A stretch of DNA of 64,000 nucleotides. Origin: Macrostomum lignano (lineage: Eukaryota). Under the pieces are notes generated by a model that was given only the letters and a program-made list of their open reading frames with translations, did not search any database and was not told the DNA's origin. The translations under genes were made by a program, and so were the position numbers. The stretch lies in assembly GCA_002269645.1 (NCBI GenBank), contig NIVC01000264.1:248001-312000 (forward strand), in the 5' to 3' direction. Of this stretch, positions 35,301-47,282 are shown one piece after another (position 1 is the first letter of the stretch; each line of letters begins with the position of its first letter).

Positions 35301-38300
35301 TGTCTTCCAAAGTGTACAAGTAACTACAAATCTGGTGAGAAGGTGACAGTGTATAGCTTTCCAAAGGATAAAGAAGACTACAGCATGTGGATCCGAGCTT
35401 TGCCACCAAATGTTAAGGTATGGTGCTATTGCTGCTATTGCATATTCTTGTCTTGCTTAATTCACATGCTAATGGAACATTAGTACAATATGATATAATA
35501 CTTACTGTTTTAGAGTCCATCTAAATACATGGGCATTTGCCAAAAACATTGGCCAACAAATGCACCAATGTTAAAGGTCAAGCGATTCATGCGCCCTATG
35601 GACCCACCAAGTGTATTCCCAAATCTTCCAACAGGCTCTCTTCGCCTGACTGAGCCAAGTAAGTATATCTCATAGCAAGGTTAAATATTACAGTTTGTAC
35701 CAAATGATAGGCTTTCTATAATATTTTACTTAATTAAGTTTTTGTCTGATTTCATACCTTACATATTATTATTCTTACTTCAGAGCACTCTAGAGATGTT
35801 CAACGCCGCGGTATTCTGTTAAACCAGCGGGCTCAAATTGCTGATGAAATGGACTCATTCAATGAGACTGATCGGATTCACTCATGGAGTTCCTTTGTTG
35901 AGAAATCTGCCACCCTTGACTTCGTTGCAAATGAGTGGATAGTGCAGCGTGACGAATCATGTGTGCGATTTGTCCTTCTTTGGGAACTAAGAGTTGAATG
36001 CTCAATTTCAGTCATGTCCGACTTTTCTGTTATTGCAAATCGTCATAACACCCCAGTGTCAGTGTCTGAGCTGCTGGGTTTTCAACATCGACTTGAGCGC
36101 TACAGCCAATTGGAAGCAGTACAAAATAAAGTTCGACAAGCTGAAGTAAATCCAATCAAGGAATTCAATGCATATTTGGACGCACTACAGCCACTTTGTC
36201 AGGAGCTGCAGAACCCGCGCCATTCATTCCTTGTTCGACAGCTGCAACTGAGTGTTGTTCAGCATCATGGCGTACGGTATGCTGCAAATGATATAATGAC
36301 AGCTGCCAGAATGTACTTCACCAGTCGTGCTGGCTATCGTGCAATGAGAGAGTTCGCCTGTCTACCACATCCAGACACTCTCAAACGTCATCTGGGTGGA
36401 CTTGGCAGCATTGGAACCGACACCGACTGTCAGCAAATTGTCAAGTCGAATTTCGAACACAACACACCGTCTCAGTGCCTGTGCTCAATCATCTTTGATG
36501 AAGTGTATGTGCAACCTTCACTTCGTCTCAAAGGTGTCCATGTAGTTGGCTTTGCTGAGGATGTTCCACAGAAGCTTGCTCGGACTATTCTCGCCATTAT
36601 GGTAAAACCATTTATGGGCGCACCTGCGTTTGTTGCCAGACTTGTGCCAATCTATAGTTTACAGCCTGCGTTTTTACACAGACAGGTTGTACGACTTATT
36701 GAAATTGTCCACGGCTGTGGTGGTACAGTTGTGAGCTTGATTTGCGATAATCACTTCACTAACCAGAACTGTTTCAAACTGTTTCATTGCGACACAAACA
36801 CACCATGGCTTGCCGAAAACCCTGCAGACGCAGAGAAACCATTGTTTCTGTTGTTTGACACAGTGCATTTGTTTAAGAATATAAGAAATAATTGGTTCAC
36901 TCAAGCGCACAAGGAGATCGATTTTCACCCATCAGCAGATAAGCAGGAACGTGTTTGCCGAGCACGCTGGAATGATATTGTTGAAATCGAGGAGCGATCC
37001 CGTGGACAAGTAGTTCGCCCGACTTCAGTCAACTCTGTCGCGTGCAATCCGTCTCCACTGGAGCGACAAAAGGTGTCACTAGTTGTCGACATCTTCAACG
37101 AGAAGACGGTTGCCGCACTTCGTGTTAACGGTCGCCATGACTCAGCCGACTTTGTGGACCATGTGGTCACCTTTTGGAAAATAGTTAATGTTAAATCACC
37201 AGAATCACACGTTGCCTTGAATGACAAACTTAGGGCTCCAATTACGTCGGAAGAATCTAGCAGCTTGACACATTTACTTAATTTCTCCGCACTGGTGGAG
37301 CGCATGCCGGGTGGACGAGGTGCGGGACGCGGTCGGTCGCTCACCACAGAGACGCGCAACGCTTTAATCCAGACAACAAGAGGTCTGGTGGGCCTCAGCA
37401 GACACCTTCTAACCAACCATCGATTTTCTTACGTTCTTCTTGGTGAGTTCTTTGCATTATTTACATGCAGCAATCAGTTTTTGAATAATTGTTGCTAGGG
37501 AATGAATTTAATGAATTGTGGGGATGCAGGTCACGGCTATCTAATGGGTCACGAAATTGTCTTTAAGGTGTACTGCAATCAGACAGATTGGAGGCCGAGT
37601 TCGCTCTCTACCGCCAGGGCCACGGCGGGTGTTACTACATAACAGTCGAGCAAGTTATGGCCAGTGCTCGGCTGCACCGAATGAAATTGTACGGAGCGCT
37701 TCAGAACAGCTTTGAGGCTCATGAGCCGGCGACATGCTGTTCCGATGGGATGAAGGACTCTGATCTAGAGGTGTTTGATCAGCTTCAAGACAAGATCAGC
37801 CACAATACAGATGAGGAGAATGCTTCTTTGTACTATATTTCCGGTTACGTTGCTGCTAAAGAGCATCTTCCAGAAGTTTTTGAAGCATTTGCAACTGAGT
37901 TTCCTGGCGGTAGCGAATTTACATCGCTGCTATCTCGTGGCAAGCTCCGGCACCCGCCAGAGTGGCTTTTAGTTTTCTCCAGCCTGTGCTATGCTTTTTT
38001 CTCCTCTGTCAAGATCCACTGCGTCAACTATTGTGTCCGATCTTTTATTAACGTTTTTGAAGCTTTCATGGATGTAACTGTTTCAGATCCAGCTCAGGTT
38101 AGCCGCATTTCCAGGAGGTTAGCTAACACATTTTTAAAGGACTCGTGCGTCGTGATTCGGACCATGTACGAGAGACGCCCGGCAGTGGACGGCGTCTGCG
38201 AAAGTTAGCATCAAGTTAGTTATGAGCTGTTTGTACGCTTTTTGAGAAATCCGTGACATTCTATCAACACACCGAGTTCGTATAAAACTTGAACACCCAT

Positions 38301-41300
38301 TGTACACTTAGACACCTCTAATTTAAACAAACGAAGTGGACACTGGAAAATATCGAAATATCCAACCAAAAATGCAATAAGCCAAAATCGGAGGCAACAT
38401 AGCTCGTAGAATTGAAGCGAACATTGTTAATTGATTGAGCATGTAATTTGACCCATAGTCCATGGTTGTCCATGTTTTATACAGACCCAATTCACATTCA
38501 CGTCATTGAATATGCTTATGCTTTCATAAGTTGGTTTATGCATCTGTTGCTGCTTTCATACGTTGGTTTAAACATTTGTTGCTGCTTTCATAAGTTGGTT
38601 TCTGCATTTTACTGCTGTTGCCTACCCAATAGTTGCCACAGTTTCTATACACTATACACTATACACAGTCTTATATTTGCAGCCTTACATACATATTTGC
38701 CTTACTGTAGCTATCAATTGAGATTAAAGTACAATGAGCTGCTGTGCAACAAGCAACCAGTTCAGTTCAACATTTTTTGTTTCCAGTCCAACAACGATAC
38801 ATCGATTGTTATCAGCACTGGCATTGTGCCAGTTTCTCTGCTTTTGCTCTTTGTTATTTTATTGTTGAAAAGATCAGGGATGGCTTTTGAAAAGTACAGA
38901 CTGACGGGCTTCGTTCTTTGTTAATCTCATCTCATTTTAATTGGATTACATTAGCTCAATTGTCGGAATTATCCTTTAAATATCCTAGCTTTATTGTTCT
39001 ATAATAAAGAAGGGGGTAACAGTACCTTGCTGTACATTTCTCGCGAATACATGTAGTTGCAGCCGAAACTGTTCACTCATCTAAAAGAGGAATAAATTCT
39101 GAGCAACCCCGTGAAAAAACTAGACCTCTACATGCAACCATTTAAAAATAACAGCATTTTGAAAAATGGCCTTCAAAAAAATCTACACCATTCGGGAGTG
39201 CAGCGTCCTTCTACTTAAGTAGTCCTTGGGCAGGCAGTGAGGGATTGACGGAGCTGAGCTAAGGCAAAATATGGGCCGGCTACTCAACACTTGACCAGCA
39301 ACACAGTCGTGAGTAATAAGCTTTGAAAGAAGTGATCAAGCAGTGAAAATACAATGAAGGTCAAGCAGTGAAAGATCAATGAAGGTCAAGCAGTGAAGGA
39401 TCAATGAAGGTCAAGCAGTGAAAGATCAATGAAGGTCAAGCAGTGAAAGATCAATGAAGGTCAAGCAGTGAAAGATCAATGAAGGTCAAGCAGTGAAAGA
39501 TCAATGAAGGTCAAGCAGTGAAAGATCAATGAAGGTCAAGCAGTGAAAGATCAATGAAGGTCAAGCAGTGAAAGATCAATGAAGGTCAAGCAGTGAAAGA
39601 TCAATGAAGGTCAAGCAGTGAAAGATCAATGAAGGTCAAGCAGTGAAAGATCAATGAAGGTCAAGCAGTGAAAGATCAATGAAGGTCAAGCAGTGAAAGA
39701 TCAATGAAGGTCAAGCAGTGAAAGATCAATGAAGGTCAAGCAGTGAAAGATCAATGAAGGTCAAGCAGTGAAAGATCAATGAAGGTCAAGCAGTGAAAGA
39801 TCAATGAAGGTCAAGCAGTGAAAGATCAATGAAGGTCAAGCAGTGAAAGATCAATGAAGGTCAAGCAGTGAAAGATCAATTTAAAGGTCAAGCATCAGGT
39901 TGAACAAGGGGAGCTCTGGATGATTAATAAGTTATCAGCAGTGAATAATCAGAGTGAATTCCTCAAATATCAGCACCTGTCCAAGTAATGTACTAAAAAA
40001 CTCACTTCTCAACTAGCCGCACATCAACCGGTTCACCGTCCAGAAAAGGCATCAGCGCCTCGGCCGCCGCCTCCTGAACTGTGGCCTCCCGATGCCGCAG
40101 ACAGTCGTCAAGGAAGGCCTGCCAAACGGAGCGCACTTCCGGGGGCACCGGAAACGGTCGGGCCCGGCAGAGCCGCTCCACTAGGGTGCAGCAGGCGCGG
40201 CGAATCAGTTCGCCAGCCAGGCCACGCATGTAGCCAGCGTTGCTAAGGACGCTAATGAGGTTTAGAACTCCGTCGGCAAGACTGGGCTCGATTTTTCCGG
40301 ATGCTTCTAAGCCGGCTGCGAAATGAAGGGTATAAATGTGCATACTTAAAAGGTACGATTTATAAGTGCATATGCACTTTACGAGTACATGTGCTAAATC
40401 AGTGCAAGTGTACTTTAACAGTGCATACGTACTTTAACAGTGAATATGTACTTTTAACAGTGCATGTGTACTTTATATAACAGCAAATGCCGCATGAAAT
40501 TTCTAAATCTCACCGTCTCCAAGAGCGTAGAGACTGTGAGCTAATGCCAGCACGGCACCGTGTCGCAGGCAGAGGTCCAGTCCTTGAGCCGAGGCCACCA
40601 GCTGGGGCAGGTGGCTACCAAGGCAGTGCTCGGCATCCAGGGGCACCAGACTGCCAAAGGCTTCGGCGGCCAATTCCCTCAGAGCCGGATCCCAATGGCC
40701 GAGCTTGTGCTCAACCAGGTGAGCCAGCATCGGGCGCAGGTAGGTGACGCCGAACCCGGCCACGAACAGGCTCAGCCGGGTGAAGGCGTGACTGCGGTTG
40801 CCCACGGCAAAGTAGTCGCAGTTGGTGACGATTTCGATGCCGTTAGGGAAATTGCCCTGTCGGCCGACATGCTCTTGGAATGCGGCGGCAGCGGCGCGGC
40901 GCACGTTGATTTCCCGATCGAACAGAGAGGTAACAACCAGGGCGGTTGCTATGGAGACCACGTGAGGCTGCAGCACCGCCGGGTGGTAGGCGCGAGCGAA
41001 GGACCAGAGCACGTAGCAGGCGGCGTCGCGCACGTTGGAGCCGTGATTGCTTTCGCCCGAGCGTTCATCGTACACCTGGACAGGGGGGGGGGGAGTTAAG
41101 TTAAAAGGGATTTCTTGGGTCACTAAAGCCTTTCAAATCTCAGCAATCCTAGATTAAAAAATATATATTGCTTGAAATTGCAATCCTAGATTGCTTTATC
41201 GAAATCTCACCCCCCTAGAATTCAAATATCGCACTGAAATACCTAAAATCTCACCCCTAGAATTCTAATCTCGCACAGGAAATGTCCAAAATCTCAACCT

Positions 41301-44279
41301 TAGAATTCAAATCTCGCAATGAAATACCATAAATCTCAGCACAAAACGACATGCCAAGCCCCCATTCGCCAGCTCACCAGCGACTCCTTGACGGAGGCCA
41401 GCACAGCGGGCAGACGGTCAGGCAGCAGGAGGCCCCGCCTGGACAGCTCAGCGGTGGCCAGGCAGGCTCCATGCCAGGTCTCGTAGCTCTCCAGCCTGTT
41501 GAACTTCGACAGCAACGCGTCAACGACTTGGTCGGCCAGGCCGAGGGGCAGCCGGCCGGCCACGCGGCCGATGCCTTTGGCAGCTGACCAGCGCACAATG
41601 CTGTCCCGGTTGCTAAGGGCGCCCAGCAGGTGGTCCAACACCGTCTCCACCTCGGGGGCCACCTCAAACTGGCAGATTAGGGCGAATAACCGTGATCTTC
41701 TATCTTACCTGATCTATCTGAGCTATACTTGATCTACCTGAGCTAGACCTGATCTACCTGAGCTAGAACTGATCTACCTGAGCTAGACCTGATCTACCTG
41801 AGCTATACCTGATCTACCTGAGCTAGACCTGATCTACCTGAGCTAGACCTGATCTACCTGAGCTAGACCTGATCTACCTGAGCTATACCTGATCTACCTG
41901 AGCTATACCTGATCTACCTGAGCTAGACCTGATCTACCTGAGCTAGACCTGATCTACCTGAGCTAGACCTGATCTACCTGAGCTAGACCTGATCTACCTG
42001 AGCTATACCTGATCTACCTGAGCTAGAACTGATCTACCTGAGCTAGAACTGATCTACCTAAGCTATACCTGATCTACCTGAGCTAGACCTGATCTACCTG
42101 AGTTAGAACTGATATACCTGAGCTATACATAGGCTATATACCTGATCTAAGTCCTACAGATCTACATCTATACAGTTGATCTAACAGCCACTGACCCTTC
42201 ATCTACCAGCCCCCAATCTACACTCTATGATCAATCCCTCAGTTCCTCACGTCATCTTCCAGCTCCTCCTGCTCCTCCTCATCCTTGTCAGTGGCGGCAG
42301 CGGCGCTAGGCTGATTCGGCGCAAGATTGGCGACCAGAGACCGGTGACCGCGCTTATAGCGCCAGGCTGCCAGGCGTTGGCGCAGGAAGATGGCGCCAAG
42401 GCGCTGGATAAGCTTGGCGCGCAGTTTATTGAGCAGGCCTTCGGTGTGCCGCGCCAATCGCTGGCAATGGCGCAGGGCGCAGGACAGCAGCGGGCCGGCG
42501 TGGGGCAGCAGGTCCTCCCTACGGCCGAGTTTGCACAGCAGGCCGAGGCTGCGCAGGAGGCCGCAGTGCTTGTAGGTGTCAGCGTAGCTCTCCAGCGGCC
42601 ACGAGTCCAGCCGCTCGATGGACCAGGCCGCGAACTCGGCCAGTGAAGCGCCCGGGCGAGTGTAGAATCTGGGCATTGGGGATATGGAGACATTCTAACG
42701 AGATCAAAATAAACCACTGAAATTTTTAAGTTAAAAAATCGAGCAATTAGGAACGTTGCTGAGATAGCAAGGCTCACGGGGGAGTTTCTGAGATGTCAAG
42801 GCTCAAGGGTGGAGTTTCTGAGATGTCAAGGCTCACGGGGGGGAGTTGCTGAGATGTCAAGGCTCAAGGGTGGAGTTTCTGAGATGTCAAGGCTCACGGG
42901 GTTGAGTTGCTGAGATGTCGAGGCTCAAGGGTGGAGTTTCTGAGATGTCAAGGCTCAAGGGTGGAGTTTCTGAGATGTCAAGGCTCAAGGGTGGAGTTGC
43001 TGAGATGCCAAGGCTCACGGGGGAGTTTCTGAGATGTCAAGGCTCAAGGGTGGAGTTTCTGAGATGTCAAGGCTCAAGGGTGGAGTTGCTGAGATGTCAA
43101 GGCTCAAGGGTGGAGTTTCTGAGATGTCAAGGCTCACGGGGGTTGCTGAGATGCCAAGGCTCACGGGTGGAGTTGCTGAGATGCCAAGGCTCAAGGGTGG
43201 TTGCTGAGATGCCAAGGGTCAATTGTAAGTTGTTGGTAGGCCAAGCCAAAGGCAGATCAAATGGAAAAGTATGGCTTAAAGGGAGGCTTTGATGCCTCAG
43301 CTCACGGAGGATACGGATACCTTAGGCTGGACAGTTGGCTTTCAGGTCTGATGCCTTTTATGCTTTAAACATCATTTCCTTCGGATACTACTAACAATAG
43401 CAACTGTACAAGGTCAAAACATACATGTAGTTTACTCAAAAAAATTTCACTTTGCCTTTGTTGCCTACTCAACTCTCTAATAGTCAGGCATGTTACACTG
43501 TTTTGGCCCTCATGAATCGCACAACTGCCCCCTGGCCAATTTTTGTGCACACAAGCTCCAAATCTGCAGTCTGCAGGTGAGGTCTCACATCGAGACACAC
43601 AAGACCTCAATAAGATAAAAGTGTCAGTTAGTTCGCACCTGGCCAACAGGAAGCAGGCGGCCTCCTGCTGCATGCCGCCGCGGCAGGCGAACTCTCTGGC
43701 CAGGCTGTCAATCCGGCCTGCCACCGTGGCCTCCGGCGCTTTCCCTACCGACTCTGCGGCAGCGTCGAAGCGAGCCAGATCGAACGGGATGAGCACCACG
43801 GTGGACAGCCACAGCAGCAGACAGCAGAGCATGTGATCCGTGAGCTTGCCAGACCGCCTGTCTAGCAGGTCGAGGATGAGCACCAGGTCGGAGGCTTCGT
43901 GCGGCATCCGCCTAGCCGAGGACTTGTAGCCGCGAGTCTTCAGCACTAGGTGCATGCAGTGCGCGTTGCCGGCTAGCAGGGTGTCCGGGATGTCCGGGCC
44001 CAACTTGAACCTGGCCAGGCAGTCGCCTAGAAGGCGGTCCAGCACCGGGTCCAGCATGTGCGGCTGCTCCTGGAACTGGTCCAATGTGTACTTCAGCCGG
44101 TCCAGCAGCACCTCCATGGCGTGCTCGTCCGCGTGATCCCGGTCTAGGCGCGGGCCCGCCAGCTCCTGCGCCTCCGCCAGCATCTGCCCGGCGTCCAGCA
44201 GGCAGCCGGTGTGCACGTCGCCGAACCCTTCGTCATCGTCTTTAACGGCGGAGGATGCCGCCGCTGCTGCCGATTTGGC
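29342..44279 (-). CDS. TBCD: Tubulin-specific chaperone D (HEAT-repeat), 9 exons
   Basis: Exons 44279-43639, 42668-42251, 41668-41378, 41075-40514, 40315-40006, 34181-33694, 33204-32819, 31930-31514, 29476-29342 splice in frame (~1,210 aa). Motifs: FQEQPHMLDP, VRWSAAKGIGR, WHGACLATAEL, GSNVRDAACY, DREINVRRAAAAAFQEHVGRQG, GDVGS, QQAAEKIDR, HKYPVVRRNAA, RNRLCELL. No start ATG located. Confidence 0.92.
29943..31309 (-). mobile_element. Mariner-type DNA transposon with ~198-bp TIRs and TA TSD
   Basis: TA|CGAGGGATG...CATCCCTCG|TA; 29943-30140 is the reverse complement of ~31112-31309. Confidence 0.92.
30214..30912 (-). CDS. Internally deleted mariner transposase (D34D), open frame
   Basis: N-terminal HTH (...SRMTVYNWVEQFEAGR) fused in frame to KKIMLSLFFD...HHDNARPH...YSPDLAPAD (34 residues between the two D). 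WVPHEL-like linker and first catalytic D are absent. Confidence 0.8.
   Translation of the reverse strand: MDVNSREGQRAAIFTLWKLGKKRSEIYADLCNIHGANAVSRMTVYNWVEQFEAGRTNPPVKAQRDAHGKKIMLSLFFDCNGPLTVEFLEPNTTINSERYVETLTKLHHDIQNKRRENPRPFILHHDNARPHTAQKTVEAISKLKLHLLPHPPYSPDLAPADFALFPELKRHLKGRVYETRNQIEEEVRRILLYVIPRQLYAEAIKSMFNRWTKCINSGGNYVEKVSVPTEDE
31975..32790 (+). repeat. 28-bp minisatellite (CAACTGAGGATCTGGGAGGCTGGCCCAG)n in a TBCD intron
   Basis: Direct reading. Confidence 0.95.
33270..33640 (+). repeat. 22-bp AT-rich minisatellite (ATATGATAGTACTTACAGTAAC)n in a TBCD intron
   Basis: Direct reading; degenerate at the edges. Confidence 0.85.
34208..39228 (+). mobile_element. P-element-superfamily DNA transposon in TBCD intron 5
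   Basis: Terminal inverted repeat CAAGGACTACT plus ~60 bp of subterminal inverted homology; 8-bp TSD GGCAGGCA at 34200-34207 and 39229-39236. Confidence 0.93.
35286..38208 (+). CDS. THAP-domain P-element/THAP9-like transposase, 4 exons
   Basis: Exons 35286-35417, 35514-35658, 35784-37442, 37568-38208. THAP C2CH (CCLPKC...FP...W...CQKHW...PPSVF); catalytic-like IIFDEV, ICDN, FDTVHLFKNIRNNW and QSDRLE motifs. Confidence 0.85.
39340..39893 (+). repeat. 25-bp minisatellite (AAGCAGTGAAAGATCAATGAAGGTC)n
   Basis: Direct reading, highly homogeneous. Confidence 0.95.
41720..42130 (+). repeat. 20-bp minisatellite (GATCTACCTGAGCTAGACCT)n
   Basis: Direct reading. Confidence 0.95.
42757..43216 (+). repeat. 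30-bp minisatellite (CTGAGATGTCAAGGCTCAAGGGTGGAGTTT)n
   Basis: Direct reading. Confidence 0.9.
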
Positions 44280-44315
44280 CTGAATGAGAGGGCAGGTGCT
44301 GGGGTTAGCCTGGGT

Positions 44316-44807
44316 GTTTCTGTCTTAGTGTCTTTGTCTGCCTGTCTTGTCTGTCTCAGTGTCTTTGTCTGCCTGTCTTGTCTGTCTCAGTGTCTTTGTC
44401 TGCCTGTCTTGTCTGTCTCAGTGTCTTTGTCTGCCTGTCTTGTCTGTCTCAGTGTCTTTGTCTGCCTGTCTTGTCTGTCTTAGTGTCTTTGTCTGCCTGT
44501 CTTGTCTGTCTTAGTGTCTGTCAGCCTGTCTTGTCTGTCTTAGTATCTGCCTTAGTTTCTGTCTTAGTGTCTGTCTTAGTGTCTGTCTTAGCGTCTGCCT
44601 TAGTGTCTGTCTTAGTATCTATCTGTCTTAGTGTCTGTCTGTCTGTCTGTCTTAGCGTCTGTCTTAGCGTCTGCCTTAGTGTCTGTCTTAGTATCTATCT
44701 GTCTTAGTGTCTGTCTGTCTGTCTGTCTTAGCGTCTGATTTAGCGTCTGCCTTAGTGTCTGTCTTAGTATCTATCTGTCTTAGTGTCTGTCTTAGTGTCT
44801 GTCTTAG

Positions 44808-44855
<48 letters not shown>

Positions 44856-44860
44856 AGCCT
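44316..44860 (+). repeat. TGTC-rich compound repeat (31-bp unit grading into (GTCT)n)
   Basis: Direct reading; immediately upstream of the first TBCD acceptor. Confidence 0.9.
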
Positions 44861-45227
44861 ATCTATCTAGCATTCTGAGGGATGGGGATCTGGTCTAGAG
44901 CAAAATGGATAATACAGTAAGTGTACCGGACAAGCATGAACTATACTAAAGCCAACTTACTGGATCATATCCCTACAGCTGGAACTATGGTAACAGTTCG
45001 GCCTAAATTCCTAACAACTGAGCAGTCAAAATAAAATGAAGAAAAACAGAAAACCAGCAATTCCGCTAAGTTGGCAAAAGACTGCACCATTTTTACACTA
45101 GATGGCAAGGCTTCGGAAAAAAGAATTTCTGACTCCACAAAATTGGAGAAAGCCGTAAAAAACAGATGAAGCATAGCAGCTGCACAGACAAAACCGATTG
45201 AGATCATAATCGGGCTATTTAACAGTA

Positions 45228-45870
45228 GAACTACTAAGGGGGAATTCCCCCTGACAATTTTTTGCTGATAAACAAAACTCCAGAACACGAGCTAACTCTC
45301 AAACAAGAATCAAGTCGCCATCCCTCCGGACCGTCGATATATTCAACCATTCTGCCAGAGGGTCTGATTTTTTCCATAAGCGCAAACTGTATTCAGTACA
45401 CCCCTGTGCGCCAATCAGCACTGCGCCTCAGTGCCGGCTTGCTAAGCCTCCAAATCTCATCATCACGTTGACCACATGTCTGCATCAGCACTGACTTCGT
45501 TGGTCACTGGCCTACACCCAGGCGGAGCATCTGGACCTTCAACAGGTGGCACCAGGTGACTATGGACACCCTGATGCGAATTTCTCTAGTTTCGCTGATC
45601 AAGCCTCGACAGTGGGCATGGGCAAGCCTCAACTGCTGGGCATCCTCAGCTGGTCTCTCAAGCATTCCGTCACCACCCCGAAGCCGTCATCGATCCTCTG
45701 ACAGAATCGTCAAATATCTCGACGGTCCGGAGGGCTGGCGACTTAATTCTTGTTTGAGAAAGTGCGCAAAAAAAGTTAGCCCGTATTCTGGAGTTTCATG
45801 TCTCTGCGTTGCTCCGTTCCGGCGCAGCAAAAAAAATCATGGGGGAATTCCTCCCCCCCCGTGGTAGTTC
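45228..45870. mobile_element. Foldback/MITE-like element with ~130-bp imperfect inverted arms
   Basis: GAACTAC..GGGGGAATTCCCCC..AAACTCCAGAA..CTCAAACAAGAAT.AAGTCGCCA.CCCTCCGGACCGTCGA (45228-45361) pairs with 45694-45870; no clear TSD. Confidence 0.55.
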
Positions 45871-45925
45871 GACGGGCGGAAAAGGTTCGGTATTCCTACT
45901 GTTAAGCAAAGCTCGGGGAGGCTCG

Positions 45926-46375
45926 TCAACTCTTCAATCGCGCCAGAAACTTGTCGATAGCCGCCAGAGCTTCGGGTTCCTCCCTATAGAGACGGGTCTG
46001 CAACTCCGGGCACCCGGCAACCATGGAGGACAGGTGCTTGCCGTGCACCGGCTCTCCCTCGCTGTTCAGCCTAAACAGGCACAGCGTCGGCTTCTCCATG
46101 GCAACCGCTTGGCCAATCTCGTAGCCAACGCCAAGAGAGGGAATGCTGACCTCGGCCACTAGGCAGTCGCACTCGGTCAGCCAGGCCATGTCCTGTCCGT
46201 AGATTTCCGTGTCCGACTTAAACCCCATGCGTGCCAGCCGCTCAGGCTTGGCGACATGCTCAGTGAGCACACAGCCATGCTTGGACAGGTGCTGCACCAG
46301 GCTCTCGTACAGGCCGGCATCGCCTCGGCCCGCCGCTATGGAGCCAGCAAAGTAAATCTTCAGCTGCTGGCTCGA
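45926..46375 (-). CDS. DNPH1: 2'-deoxynucleoside 5'-phosphate N-hydrolase (Rcl/DNPH1)
   Basis: SSQQLKIYFAGSIAAGRGD...VLTEHVA...IYGQDMAWL...LVAEVSIPSLGVGYEIG...LSSMVAG. A 450-nt open frame starts at a TTTCAG acceptor; no ATG before the conserved KIYFAGS. Confidence 0.9.
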   Translation of the reverse strand, partial: SSQQLKIYFAGSIAAGRGDAGLYESLVQHLSKHGCVLTEHVAKPERLARMGFKSDTEIYGQDMAWLTECDCLVAEVSIPSLGVGYEIGQAVAMEKPTLCLFRLNSEGEPVHGKHLSSMVAGCPELQTRLYREEPEALAAIDKFLARLKS

Positions 46376-46445
46376 CTGAAAATGTGCAATGGGTGACTGT
46401 CACTGGCTCATGTCTAATAGTTGAATTTTGAGGCAGTCTGGTAAT

Positions 46446-47020
46446 GATGGCATCTGCTGAGGGCATGATCAGGCATTGGTGGCATCTGCTGAGGGCATGA
46501 TCAGGCATTGGTGGCATCTGCTGAGGGCATGATCAGGCATTGGTGGCATCTGCTGAGGGCATGATCAGGCATTGGTGGCATCTGCTGAGGGCATCATGAT
46601 CCGGCATTGGTGGCATCTGCTGAGGGCATGATCAGGCATTGGTGGCATCTGCTGAGGGCATGATCAGGCATTGGTGGCATCTGCTGAGGGCATGATCAGG
46701 CATTGGTGGCATCTGCTGAGGGCATGATCAGGCATTGGTGGCATCTGCTGAGGGCATCATGATCCGGCATTGGTGGCATCTGCTGAGGGCATGATCAGGC
46801 ATTGGTGGCATCTGCTGAGGGCATGATCAGGCATTGGTGGCATCTGCTGAGGGCATGATCAGGCATTGGTGGCATCTGCTGAGGGCATCATGATCCGGCA
46901 TTGGTGGCATCTGCTGAGGGCATGATCAGGCATTGGTGGCATCTGCTGAGGGCATGATCAGGCATTGGTGGCATCTGCTGAGGGCATGATCAGGCATTGG
47001 TGGCATCTGATGAGGGCATT
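46446..47020 (+). repeat. 32-bp minisatellite (GCATTGGTGGCATCTGCTGAGGGCATGATCAG)n
   Basis: Direct reading; begins ~70 bp upstream of the DNPH1 acceptor. Confidence 0.95.
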
Positions 47021-47282
47021 ATAAGCCCCCAACATTTGTCAAACAATCTAATTATGTCCAATGTAAAATATATCTAATATATTTAAAGTCTAATATATAA
47101 TACATTTAAACAATATTATATATACACACATACATATATATATATTACTTTATTAGTGACAGAATACATATATAGAATATGATGCTATTATGAACATTAA
47201 AAATAAATATATGGTGCTAGCCTTTGAGTTAGCGTTAGGGGGAATTGCTAAGATTTCAAAGCTGATTGGGAGGATATTGCTA

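Noticed and set aside
39340-39893. CRISPR-like regular 25-32-bp repeats (also 29503, 31975, 46446)
   Set aside because: Head-to-tail with no unique spacers, no cas genes, eukaryotic introns.
40487-44136. Plus-strand ORFs of 60-180 aa opposite TBCD exons
   Set aside because: Antisense shadows of GC-rich coding exons.
45238-45252. Perfect NF-kB-like palindrome GGGGAATTCCCC
   Set aside because: Lies within the arm of a foldback element, far from the receptor promoters.
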